Below, in pieces: positions 41,591-54,846 of a stretch of DNA of 64,000 nucleotides (position 1 is the stretch's first letter; each line of letters opens with the position of its first letter). The translations under genes and the position numbers were made by a program. The notes under the pieces are model-generated. The model worked only from the letters and a program-made list of their open reading frames with translations, did no database searches and had not been told where the DNA came from. The stretch is taken from contig NC_087251.1 in assembly GCF_037042905.1 (NCBI RefSeq), positions 28,832,001 through 28,896,000 of the forward strand. The letters run 5' to 3'. The stretch is from Lytechinus pictus. Its lineage: Eukaryota.

Positions 41591-44500
41591 GAGAATCAAT
41601 AGGATCCAGGGAGTTTAAATTTTTGACCCCATTGCCCCACCCGCGACATGGAAAATTGGGCAAAATTGACCAAAATTGAGCAAAATAATACTTGTTCAAT
41701 ATTTCCCCCGAAACCCCCCAAAATCAGCCGTCTACGCTCCCTGGGATGTTTTAGCATCCTAACCGATTATTACAGCGAGAATCAAGAGAATCAAGAGGAT
41801 CCAGGGAGTTTGAATTTTCGACCCCCTCGCCCCACCCGCGACATGGAAAATTGGGAAAAATTGAGCAAAATAATATTTGTTCAATATTTCCCCCAAAACC
41901 CCCCCAAATCAGCCGTCTTCGCTCCTGGAATGTTTTAGCATCATAACCGATTATTACAGCGAGAATCAAGAGGATCTAGGGAATTTGAATTTTCGACCCC
42001 CTCGCCCCACCCGCGACATGGAAAATTGGGCAAAATTTGCAAAATTGAGCAAAATATTATTTGTTCAATATTTCCCCCGAAACCCCCCCAAATCAGCCGT
42101 CTTCGCTCCTTGGGCTGTTTTAGCATCCTAACCGATTATTACAGCGAGAATCAAGAGGATCCAGGGAGTTTGAATTTTCGACCCCCTCGCCCCACCCGCG
42201 ACATGGAAAATTGGGCAAAATTGGCCAAAATTGAGGAAAATAATATTTGTTCAGTATTTCCCCCAAAACCCCCCCAAATGAGACGTCTTTGCTCCTAAGA
42301 ATGTTTTAGCATCCTAACCGATTATTACAGCGAGAATCAAGAGGATCCAGGGAGTTTGAATTTTCGACCCCCTCGCCCCACCCGCGACATGGAAAATTGG
42401 GCAAAATTGGACAAAATTGAGCAAAATAATATTTGTTCAATATTTCCCCCGAAACCCCCCCAAATCAGCCGTCTTCGCTCCCTGGGATGTTTTCGCATCC
42501 TAATCGATTATTACAGTGAGAATCAAGAGGATCCAGGGAATTTGAATTTTCGACCCCCTCGCCCCACCCGCGACATGGAAAATTGGGCAAAATTGGACAA
42601 AATTGAGCAAAATAATATTTGTTCAGTATTTCCCCCAAAACCCCCCCAAATGAGACGTCTTTGCTCCTAAGAATGTTTTAGCATCCTAACCGATTATTAC
42701 AGCGAGAATCAAGAGGATCCAGGGAGTTTGAATTTTCGACCCCCTCGCCCCACCCGCGACATGGAAAATTTGGCAAAATTGGCCAAAATTGAGGAAAATA
42801 ATATTTGTTCAATATTTCCCCCGAAACCCCCCCAAATCAGCCGTCTTCGCTCCCTGGGATGTTTTAGCATCCTAACCGATTATTACAGCGAGATTCAAGA
42901 GGATCCAGGGAGTTCGAATTTTCGACCCCCTCGCCCCACCCGTGACATGGAAAATTGGGCAAAATTGGCCAAAATTGAGCAAAATAATATTTGTTCAATA
43001 TTTCCCCCGAAACCCCCCCAAATCAGCCGTCTTCGATCCCTGGGATGTTTTAGCATACTAACCGATTATTACAGTGAAAATCAAGAGAATCAAGAGGATC
43101 CAGGAAGTAAGAATTTTCGACCCCCTCGCCCCACCCGCTACATGGAAAATTGGGCAAAATTTGCCAAAATTGAGCAAAATAATATTTGTTCAATATTTCC
43201 CCCTAAACCCCCCCAAATCAGCCGTCCTTGCTTCCTGGGATGTTTTAGCATCCTAACCGATTATTACAGCGAGAATCAAGAGGATCCAGGGAGTTTGAAT
43301 TTTCGACCCTCTCGCCCCACCCGCGACATGAAAAATTGGGCAAAATTTGCCAAAATTGAGCAAAATAATATTTGTTCAATATTTCCCCCGAAACCCCCCC
43401 AATCAGCCGTCTTTGCTCCCTGGGTTGTTTTAGCATCCTAACCGATTATTACAGCGAGAATCAAGAGGATCCAGGGAGTTTGAATTTTCGACCCCATTGC
43501 CCCACCCGCGACATGGAAAATTGGGCAAAATTGGCCAAAATTGAGCAAAATAATATTTGTTCAACATTTCCCCCGAAACCCCCCCAAATCAGCCGTCTTC
43601 GCTCCCTGGGATGTTTTAGCATCCTAACCGATTATTACAGCGAGAATCAAGAGGATCCAGAGAGTTTGAATTTTCGACCCCCTCGCCCCACCCGCGACAT
43701 GGAAAATTGGGCAAAATTGTGCAAAATAATATTTGTTCAATATTTCCCCCGAAACCCCCCCAAATCAGCCGTCCTCGCTTCCTGGGATGTTTTAGCATCC
43801 TAACCGATTATTACAGCGAGAATCAAGAGGATCCAGGGAGTTTGAATTTTCGACCCGCTCGCCCCACCCGCGACATGAAAAATTTGGCAAAATTGGCCAA
43901 AATTGAGCAAAATAATATTTGTTCAATATTTCCCCAGAAACCCCCCCAAATCAGCCGTCTTCGCTCCCTGGGATGTTTAAGCATCCTAACCGATTATTAC
44001 AGCGAGATTCAAGAGGATCCAGGGAGTTTGAATTTTCGACCCCCTCGCCCCACCCGCGACATGGAAAATTGGGCAAAATTGGCCAAAATTGAGGAAAATA
44101 ATATTTGTTAAATATTTCCCCCGAAACCCCCCAAAATCAGCCGTCTTTGCTCCCTGGGATGTTTAAGCATCTTAACCGATTATTACAGCGAGATTCAAGA
44201 GGATCCAAGGAGTTTGAATTTTCGACCCCCTCGCCCCACCCGCGACATGGAAAATTTGGCAAAATTGGCCAAAATTGAGGAAAATAATATTTGTTCAATA
44301 TTTCCCCCGAAACCCCCAAAATCAGCCGTCTTCGCTCCCTGGGATGTTTTAGCATCCTAACCGATTATTACAGCGAGAATCAAGAGGATCCAGGGAGTTT
44401 GAATTTTCGACCCCCTCGCCCCACCCGCGACATGGAAAATTTGGCAAAATTGGCCAAAATTGAGGAAAATAATATTTGTTCAATATTTCCCCCGAAACCC

Positions 44501-47020
44501 CCCCAAATCAGCCGTCTTCGCTCCCTGGGATGTTTTAGCATCCTAACCGATTATTACAGCGAGATTCAAGAGGATCCAGGGAGTTCGAATTTTCGACCCC
44601 CTCGCCCCACCCGTGACATGGAAAATTGGGCAAAATTGGCCAAAATTGAGCAAAATAATATTTGTTCAATATTTCCCCCGAAACCCCCCCAAATCAGCCG
44701 TCTTCGATCCCTGGGATGTTTTAGCATACTAACCGATTATTACAGTGAAAATCAAGAGAATCAAGAGGATCCAGGAAGTAAGAATTTTCGACCCCCTCGC
44801 CCCACCCGCTACATGGAAAATTGGGCAAAATTTGCCAAAATTGAGCAAAATAATATTTGTTCAATATTTCCCCCTAAACCCCCCCAAATCAGCCGTCCTT
44901 GCTTCCTGGGATGTTTTAGCATCCTAACCGATTATTACAGCGAGAATCAAGAGGATCCAGGGAGTTTGAATTTTCGACCCTCTCGCCCCACCCGCGACAT
45001 GAAAAATTGGGCAAAATTTGCCAAAATTGAGCAAAATAATATTTGTTCAATATTTCCCCCGAAACCCCCCCAATCAGCCGTCTTTGCTCCCTGGGTTGTT
45101 TTAGCATCCTAACCGATTATTACAGCGAGAATCAAGAGGATCCAGGGAGTTTGAATTTTCGACCCCATTGCCCCACCCGCGACATGGAAAATTGGGCAAA
45201 ATTGGCCAAAATTGAGCAAAATAATATTTGTTCAACATTTCCCCCGAAACCCCCCCAAATCAGCCGTCTTCGCTCCCTGGGATGTTTTAGCATCCTAACC
45301 GATTATTACAGCGAGAATCAAGAGGATCCAGAGAGTTTGAATTTTCGACCCCCTCGCCCCACCCGCGACATGGAAAATTGGGCAAAATTGTGCAAAATAA
45401 TATTTGTTCAATATTTCCCCCGAAACCCCCCCAAATCAGCCGTCCTCGCTTCCTGGGATGTTTTAGCATCCTAACCGATTATTACAGCGAGAATCAAGAG
45501 GATCCAGGGAGTTTGAATTTTCGACCCGCTCGCCCCACCCGCGACATGAAAAATTTGGCAAAATTGGCCAAAATTGAGCAAAATAATATTTGTTCAATAT
45601 TTCCCCAGAAACCCCCCCAAATCAGCCGTCTTCGCTCCCTGGGATGTTTAAGCATCCTAACCGATTATTACAGCGAGATTCAAGAGGATCCAGGGAGTTT
45701 GAATTTTCGACCCCCTCGCCCCACCCGCGACATGGAAAATTGGGCAAAATTGGCCAAAATTGAGGAAAATAATATTTGTTAAATATTTCCCCCGAAACCC
45801 CCCAAAATCAGCCGTCTTTGCTCCCTGGGATGTTTAAGCATCTTAACCGATTATTACAGCGAGATTCAAGAGGATCCAAGGAGTTTGAATTTTCGACCCC
45901 CTCGCCCCACCCGCGACATGGAAAATTGGGCAAAATTGGCCAAAATTGAGGAAAATAATATTTGTTCAATATTTCCCCCGAAACCCCCCAAAATCAGCCG
46001 TCTTCGCTCCCTGGGATGTTTTAGCATCCTAACCGATTATTACAGCGAGAATCAATAGGATCCAGGGAGTTTAAATTTTTGACCCCATTGCCCCACCCGC
46101 GACATGGAAAATTGGGCAAAATTGACCAAAATTGAGCAAAATAATACTTGTTCAATATTTCCCCCGAAACCCCCCAAAATCAGCCGTCTACGCTCCCTGG
46201 GATGTTTTAGCATCCTAACCGATTATTACAGCGAGAATCAAGAGAATCAAGAGGATCCAGGGAGTTTGAATTTTCGACCCCCTCGCCCCACCCGCGACAT
46301 GGAAAATTGGGAAAAATTGAGCAAAATAATATTTGTTCAATATTTCCCCCAAAACCCCCCCAAATCAGCCGTCTTCGCTCCTGGAATGTTTTAGCATCAT
46401 AACCGATTATTACAGCGAGAATCAAGAGGATCTAGGGAATTTGAATTTTCGACCCCCTCGCCCCACCCGCGACATGGAAAATTGGGCAAAATTTGCAAAA
46501 TTGAGCAAAATATTATTTGTTCAATATTTCCCCCGAAACCCCCCCAAATCAGCCGTCTTCGCTCCTTGGGCTGTTTTAGCATCCTAACCGATTATTACAG
46601 CGAGAATCAAGAGGATCCAGGGAGTTTGAATTTTCGACCCCCTCGCCCCACCCGCGACATGGAAAATTGGGCAAAATTGGCCAAAATTGAGGAAAATAAT
46701 ATTTGTTCAGTATTTCCCCCAAAACCCCCCCAAATGAGACGTCTTTGCTCCTAAGAATGTTTTAGCATCCTAACCGATTATTACAGCGAGAATCAAGAGG
46801 ATCCAGGGAGTTTGAATTTTCGACCCCCTCGCCCCACCCGCGACATGGAAAATTGGGCAAAATTGGACAAAATTGAGCAAAATAATATTTGTTCAATATT
46901 TCCCCCGAAACCCCCCCAAATCAGCCGTCTTCGCTCCCTGGGATGTTTTCGCATCCTAATCGATTATTACAGTGAGAATCAAGAGGATCCAGGGAATTTG
47001 AATTTTCGACCCCCTCGCCC
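38217..47020 (+). repeat. Tandem 4,456-bp (24-monomer) duplication joining two subfamily-A 9-mers and a subfamily-B block
   Basis: ORF pairs 38618/43074, 39681/44137, 41648/46104 and 42356/46812 are 4456 apart. Boundaries approximate. Confidence 0.85.
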
Positions 47021-50000
47021 AACCCGCGACATGGAAAATTGAGCAAAATTGGACAAAATTGAGCAAAATAATATTTGTTCAATATTTCCCCCGAAACCCC
47101 CCCAAATCAGCCGTCTTCGCTCCCTGGGATGTTTTAGCATCCTAACCGATTATTACAGCGAGAATCAAGAGGATCCAGGGAGTTTAAATTTTTGACCCCA
47201 TTGCCCCACCCGCGACATGGAAAATTGGGCAAAATTGAGCAAAATAATATTTGTTCAATATTTCCCCCGAAACCCCCCAAAATCAGCCGTCTACGCTCCC
47301 TGGGATGTTTTAGCATCCTAACCGATTATTACAGCGAGAATCAAGAGAATCAAGAGGATCCAGGGAGTTTGAATTTTCGACCCCCTCGCCCCACCCGCGA
47401 CATGGAAAATTGGGAAAAATTGAGCAAAATAATATTTGTTCAATATTTCCCCCAAAACCCCCCAAAATCAGCCGTCTTCGCTCCTGGAATGTTTTAGCAT
47501 CATAACCGATTATTACAGCGAGAATCAAGAGGATCTAGGGAATTTGAATTTTCGACCCCCTCGCCCCACCCGCGACATGGAAAAATGGGCAAAATTTGCA
47601 AAATTGAGCAAAATATTATTTGTTCAATATTTCCCCCGAAACCCCCCAAAATCAGCCGTCTTCGCTCCCTGGGATGTTTTAGCATCCTAACCGATTATTA
47701 CAGCGAGAATCAATAGGATCCAGGGAATTTGAATTTTCGACCCCCTCGCCCAACCCGCGACATGGAAAATTGAGCAAAATTGGACAAAATTGAGCAAAAT
47801 AATATTTGTTCAATATTTCCCCCGAAACCCCCCAAAATCAGCCGTCTACGCTCCCTGGGATGTTTTAGCATCCTAACCGATTATTACAGCGAGAATCAAG
47901 AGGATCCAGGGAGTTTAAATTTTTGACCCCATTGCCCCACCCGCGACATGGAAAATTGGGCAAAATTGAGCAAAATAATATTTGTTCAATATTTCCCCAG
48001 AAACCCCCCCAAATCAGCCGTCTTCGCTCCCTGGGATGTTTAAGCATCCTAACCGATTATTACAGCGAGATTCAAGAGGATCCAGGGAGTTTGAATTTTC
48101 GACCCCCTCGCCCCACCCGCGACATGGAAAATTGGGCAAAATTGGCCAAAATTGAGGAAAATAATATTTGTTAAATATTTCCCCCGAAACCCCCCAAAAT
48201 CAGCCGTCTTTGCTCCCTGGGATGTTTAAGCATCTTAACCGATTATTACAGCGAGATTCAAGAGGATCCAAGGAGTTTGAATTTTTGACCCCCTCGCCCC
48301 ACCCGCGACATGGAAAATTGGGCAAAATTGGCCAAAATTGAGGAAAATAATATTTGTTCAATATTTCCCCCGAAACCCCCCAAAATCAGCCGTCTTCGCT
48401 CCCTGGGATGTTTTAGCATCCTAACCGATTATTACAGCGAGAATCAATAGGATCCAGGGAGTTTAAATTTTTGACCCCATTGCCCCACCCGCGACATGGA
48501 AAATTGGGCAAAATTGACCAAAATTGAGCAAAATAATACTTGTTCAATATTTCCCCCGAAACCCCCCAAAATCAGCCGTCTACGCTCCCTGGGATGTTTT
48601 AGCATCCTAACCGATTATTACAGCGAGAATCAAGAGAATCAAGAGGATCCAGGGAGTTTGAATTTTCGACCCCCTCGCCCCACCCGCGACATGGAAAATT
48701 GGGAAAAATTGAGCAAAATAATATTTGTTCAATATTTCCCCCAAAACCCCCCCAAATCAGCCGTCTTCGCTCCTGGAATGTTTTAGCATCATAACCGATT
48801 ATTACAGCGAGAATCAAGAGGATCTAGGGAATTTGAATTTTCGACCCCCTCGCCCCACCCGCGACATGGAAAATTGGGCAAAATTTGCAAAATTGAGCAA
48901 AATATTATTTGTTCAATATTTCCCCCGAAACCCCCCCAAATCAGCCGTCTTCGCTCCTTGGGCTGTTTTAGCATCCTAACCGATTATTACAGCGAGAATC
49001 AAGAGGATCCAGGGAGTTTGAATTTTCGACCCCCTCGCCCCACCCGCGACATGGAAAATTGGGCAAAATTGGCCAAAATTGAGGAAAATAATATTTGTTC
49101 AGTATTTCCCCCAAAACCCCCCCAAATGAGACGTCTTTGCTCCTAAGAATGTTTTAGCATCCTAACCGATTATTACAGCGAGAATCAAGAGGATCCAGGG
49201 AGTTTGAATTTTCGACCCCCTCGCCCCACCCGCGACATGGAAAATTGGGCAAAATTGGACAAAATTGAGCAAAATAATATTTGTTCAATATTTCCCCCGA
49301 AACCCCCCCAAATCAGCCGTCTTCGCTCCCTGGGATGTTTTCGCATCCTAATCGATTATTACAGTGAGAATCAAGAGGATCCAGGGAATTTGAATTTTCG
49401 ACCCCCTCGCCCCACCCGCGACATGGAAAATTGGGCAAAATTGGACAAAATTGAGCAAAATAATATTTGTTCAGTATTTCCCCCAAAACCCCCCCAAATG
49501 AGACGTCTTTGCTCCTAAGAATGTTTTAGCATCCTAACCGATTATTACAGCGAGAATCAAGAGGATCCAGGGAGTTTGAATTTTCGACCCCCTCGCCCCA
49601 CCCGCGACATGGAAAATTTGGCAAAATTGGCCAAAATTGAGGAAAATAATATTTGTTCAATATTTCCCCCGAAACCCCCCCAAATCAGCCGTCTTCGCTC
49701 CCTGGGATGTTTTAGCATCCTAACCGATTATTACAGCGAGATTCAAGAGGATCCAGGGAGTTCGAATTTTCGACCCCCTCGCCCCACCCGTGACATGGAA
49801 AATTGGGCAAAATTGGCCAAAATTGAGCAAAATAATATTTGTTCAATATTTCCCCCGAAACCCCCCCAAATCAGCCGTCTTCGATCCCTGGGATGTTTTA
49901 GCATACTAACCGATTATTACAGTGAAAATCAAGAGAATCAAGAGGATCCAGGAAGTAAGAATTTTCGACCCCCTCGCCCCACCCGCTACATGGAAAATTG

Positions 50001-53000
50001 GGCAAAATTTGCCAAAATTGAGCAAAATAATATTTGTTCAATATTTCCCCCTAAACCCCCCCAAATCAGCCGTCCTTGCTTCCTGGGATGTTTTAGCATC
50101 CTAACCGATTATTACAGCGAGAATCAAGAGGATCCAGGGAGTTTGAATTTTCGACCCTCTCGCCCCACCCGCGACATGAAAAATTGGGCAAAATTTGCCA
50201 AAATTGAGCAAAATAATATTTGTTCAATATTTCCCCCGAAACCCCCCCAATCAGCCGTCTTTGCTCCCTGGGTTGTTTTAGCATCCTAACCGATTATTAC
50301 AGCGAGAATCAAGAGGATCCAGGGAGTTTGAATTTTCGACCCCATTGCCCCACCCGCGACATGGAAAATTGGGCAAAATTGGCCAAAATTGAGCAAAATA
50401 ATATTTGTTCAACATTTCCCCCGAAACCCCCCCAAATCAGCCGTCTTCGCTCCCTGGGATGTTTTAGCATCCTAACCGATTATTACAGCGAGAATCAAGA
50501 GGATCCAGAGAGTTTGAATTTTCGACCCCCTCGCCCCACCCGCGACATGGAAAATTGGGCAAAATTGTGCAAAATAATATTTGTTCAATATTTCCCCCGA
50601 AACCCCCCCAAATCAGCCGTCCTCGCTTCCTGGGATGTTTTAGCATCCTAACCGATTATTACAGCGAGAATCAAGAGGATCCAGGGAGTTTGAATTTTCG
50701 ACCCGCTCGCCCCACCCGCGACATGAAAAATTTGGCAAAATTGGCCAAAATTGAGCAAAATAATATTTGTTCAATATTTCCCCAGAAACCCCCCCAAATC
50801 AGCCGTCTTCGCTCCCTGGGATGTTTAAGCATCCTAACCGATTATTACAGCGAGATTCAAGAGGATCCAGGGAGTTTGAATTTTCGACCCCCTCGCCCCA
50901 CCCGCGACATGGAAAATTGGGCAAAATTGGCCAAAATTGAGGAAAATAATATTTGTTAAATATTTCCCCCGAAACCCCCCAAAATCAGCCGTCTTTGCTC
51001 CCTGGGATGTTTAAGCATCTTAACCGATTATTACAGCGAGATTCAAGAGGATCCAAGGAGTTTGAATTTTCGACCCCCTCGCCCCACCCGCGACATGGAA
51101 AATTTGGCAAAATTGGCCAAAATTGAGGAAAATAATATTTGTTCAATATTTCCCCCGAAACCCCCAAAATCAGCCGTCTTCGCTCCCTGGGATGTTTTAG
51201 CATCCTAACCGATTATTACAGCGAGAATCAAGAGGATCCAGGGAGTTTGAATTTTCGACCCCCTCGCCCCACCCGCGACATGGAAAATTTGGCAAAATTG
51301 GCCAAAATTGAGGAAAATAATATTTGTTCAATATTTCCCCCGAAACCCCCCCAAATCAGCCGTCTTCGCTCCCTGGGATGTTTTAGCATCCTAACCGATT
51401 ATTACAGCGAGATTCAAGAGGATCCAGGGAGTTCGAATTTTCGACCCCCTCGCCCCACCCGTGACATGGAAAATTGGGCAAAATTGGCCAAAATTGAGCA
51501 AAATAATATTTGTTCAATATTTCCCCCGAAACCCCCCCAAATCAGCCGTCTTCGATCCCTGGGATGTTTTAGCATACTAACCGATTATTACAGTGAAAAT
51601 CAAGAGAATCAAGAGGATCCAGGAAGTAAGAATTTTCGACCCCCTCGCCCCACCCGCTACATGGAAAATTGGGCAAAATTTGCCAAAATTGAGCAAAATA
51701 ATATTTGTTCAATATTTCCCCCTAAACCCCCCCAAATCAGCCGTCCTTGCTTCCTGGGATGTTTTAGCATCCTAACCGATTATTACAGCGAGAATCAAGA
51801 GGATCCAGGGAGTTTGAATTTTCGACCCTCTCGCCCCACCCGCGACATGAAAAATTGGGCAAAATTTGCCAAAATTGAGCAAAATAATATTTGTTCAATA
51901 TTTCCCCCGAAACCCCCCCAATCAGCCGTCTTTGCTCCCTGGGTTGTTTTAGCATCCTAACCGATTATTACAGCGAGAATCAAGAGGATCCAGGGAGTTT
52001 GAATTTTCGACCCCATTGCCCCACCCGCGACATGGAAAATTGGGCAAAATTGGCCAAAATTGAGCAAAATAATATTTGTTCAACATTTCCCCCGAAACCC
52101 CCCCAAATCAGCCGTCTTCGCTCCCTGGGATGTTTTAGCATCCTAACCGATTATTACAGCGAGAATCAAGAGGATCCAGAGAGTTTGAATTTTCGACCCC
52201 CTCGCCCCACCCGCGACATGGAAAATTGGGCAAAATTGTGCAAAATAATATTTGTTCAATATTTCCCCCGAAACCCCCCCAAATCAGCCGTCCTCGCTTC
52301 CTGGGATGTTTTAGCATCCTAACCGATTATTACAGCGAGAATCAAGAGGATCCAGGGAGTTTGAATTTTCGACCCGCTCGCCCCACCCGCGACATGAAAA
52401 ATTTGGCAAAATTGGCCAAAATTGAGCAAAATAATATTTGTTCAATATTTCCCCAGAAACCCCCCCAAATCAGCCGTCTTCGCTCCCTGGGATGTTTAAG
52501 CATCCTAACCGATTATTACAGCGAGATTCAAGAGGATCCAGGGAGTTTGAATTTTCGACCCCCTCGCCCCACCCGCGACATGGAAAATTGGGCAAAATTG
52601 GCCAAAATTGAGGAAAATAATATTTGTTAAATATTTCCCCCGAAACCCCCCAAAATCAGCCGTCTTTGCTCCCTGGGATGTTTAAGCATCTTAACCGATT
52701 ATTACAGCGAGATTCAAGAGGATCCAAGGAGTTTGAATTTTCGACCCCCTCGCCCCACCCGCGACATGGAAAATTGGGCAAAATTGGCCAAAATTGAGGA
52801 AAATAATATTTGTTCAATATTTCCCCCGAAACCCCCCAAAATCAGCCGTCTTCGCTCCCTGGGATGTTTTAGCATCCTAACCGATTATTACAGCGAGAAT
52901 CAATAGGATCCAGGGAGTTTAAATTTTTGACCCCATTGCCCCACCCGCGACATGGAAAATTGGGCAAAATTGACCAAAATTGAGCAAAATAATACTTGTT

Positions 53001-54846
53001 CAATATTTCCCCCGAAACCCCCCAAAATCAGCCGTCTACGCTCCCTGGGATGTTTTAGCATCCTAACCGATTATTACAGCGAGAATCAAGAGAATCAAGA
53101 GGATCCAGGGAGTTTGAATTTTCGACCCCCTCGCCCCACCCGCGACATGGAAAATTGGGAAAAATTGAGCAAAATAATATTTGTTCAATATTTCCCCCAA
53201 AACCCCCCCAAATCAGCCGTCTTCGCTCCTGGAATGTTTTAGCATCATAACCGATTATTACAGCGAGAATCAAGAGGATCTAGGGAATTTGAATTTTCGA
53301 CCCCCTCGCCCCACCCGCGACATGGAAAATTGGGCAAAATTTGCAAAATTGAGCAAAATATTATTTGTTCAATATTTCCCCCGAAACCCCCCCAAATCAG
53401 CCGTCTTCGCTCCTTGGGCTGTTTTAGCATCCTAACCGATTATTACAGCGAGAATCAAGAGGATCCAGGGAGTTTGAATTTTCGACCCCCTCGCCCCACC
53501 CGCGACATGGAAAATTGGGCAAAATTGGCCAAAATTGAGGAAAATAATATTTGTTCAGTATTTCCCCCAAAACCCCCCCAAATGAGACGTCTTTGCTCCT
53601 AAGAATGTTTTAGCATCCTAACCGATTATTACAGCGAGAATCAAGAGGATCCAGGGAGTTTGAATTTTCGACCCCCTCGCCCCACCCGCGACATGGAAAA
53701 TTGGGCAAAATTGGACAAAATTGAGCAAAATAATATTTGTTCAATATTTCCCCCGAAACCCCCCCAAATCAGCCGTCTTCGCTCCCTGGGATGTTTTCGC
53801 ATCCTAATCGATTATTACAGTGAGAATCAAGAGGATCCAGGGAATTTGAATTTTCGACCCCCTCGCCCAACCCGCGACATGGAAAATTGAGCAAAATTGG
53901 ACAAAATTGAGCAAAATAATATTTGTTCAATATTTCCCCCGAAACCCCCCCAAATCAGCCGTCTTCGCTCCCTGGGATGTTTTAGCATCCTAACCGATTA
54001 TTACAGCGAGAATCAAGAGGATCCAGGGAGTTTAAATTTTTGACCCCATTGCCCCACCCGCGACATGGAAAATTGGGCAAAATTGAGCAAAATAATATTT
54101 GTTCAATATTTCCCCCGAAACCCCCCAAAATCAGCCGTCTACGCTCCCTGGGATGTTTTAGCATCCTAACCGATTATTACAGCGAGAATCAAGAGAATCA
54201 AGAGGATCCAGGGAGTTTGAATTTTCGACCCCCTCGCCCCACCCGCGACATGGAAAATTGGGAAAAATTGAGCAAAATAATATTTGTTCAATATTTCCCC
54301 CAAAACCCCCCAAAATCAGCCGTCTTCGCTCCTGGAATGTTTTAGCATCATAACCGATTATTACAGCGAGAATCAAGAGGATCTAGGGAATTTGAATTTT
54401 CGACCCCCTCGCCCCACCCGCGACATGGAAAAATGGGCAAAATTTGCAAAATTGAGCAAAATATTATTTGTTCAATATTTCCCCCGAAACCCCCCAAAAT
54501 CAGCCGTCTTCGCTCCCTGGGATGTTTTAGCATCCTAACCGATTATTACAGCGAGAATCAATAGGATCCAGGGAATTTGAATTTTCGACCCCCTCGCCCA
54601 ACCCGCGACATGGAAAATTGAGCAAAATTGGACAAAATTGAGCAAAATAATATTTGTTCAATATTTCCCCCGAAACCCCCCAAAATCAGCCGTCTACGCT
54701 CCCTGGGATGTTTTAGCATCCTAACCGATTATTACAGCGAGAATCAAGAGGATCCAGGGAGTTTAAATTTTTGACCCCATTGCCCCACCCGCGACATGGA
54801 AAATTGGGCAAAATTGAGCAAAATAATATTTGTTCAATATTTCCCC
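41113..54846 (+). repeat. Tandem 6,848-bp (about 37-monomer) duplication: 41113-47998 matches 47961-54846
   Basis: ORF pairs 41648/48496, 42728/49576, 46104/52952, 47192/54040, 47865/54713. One visible internal difference: C at 41438 versus T at 48286. Confidence 0.9.
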
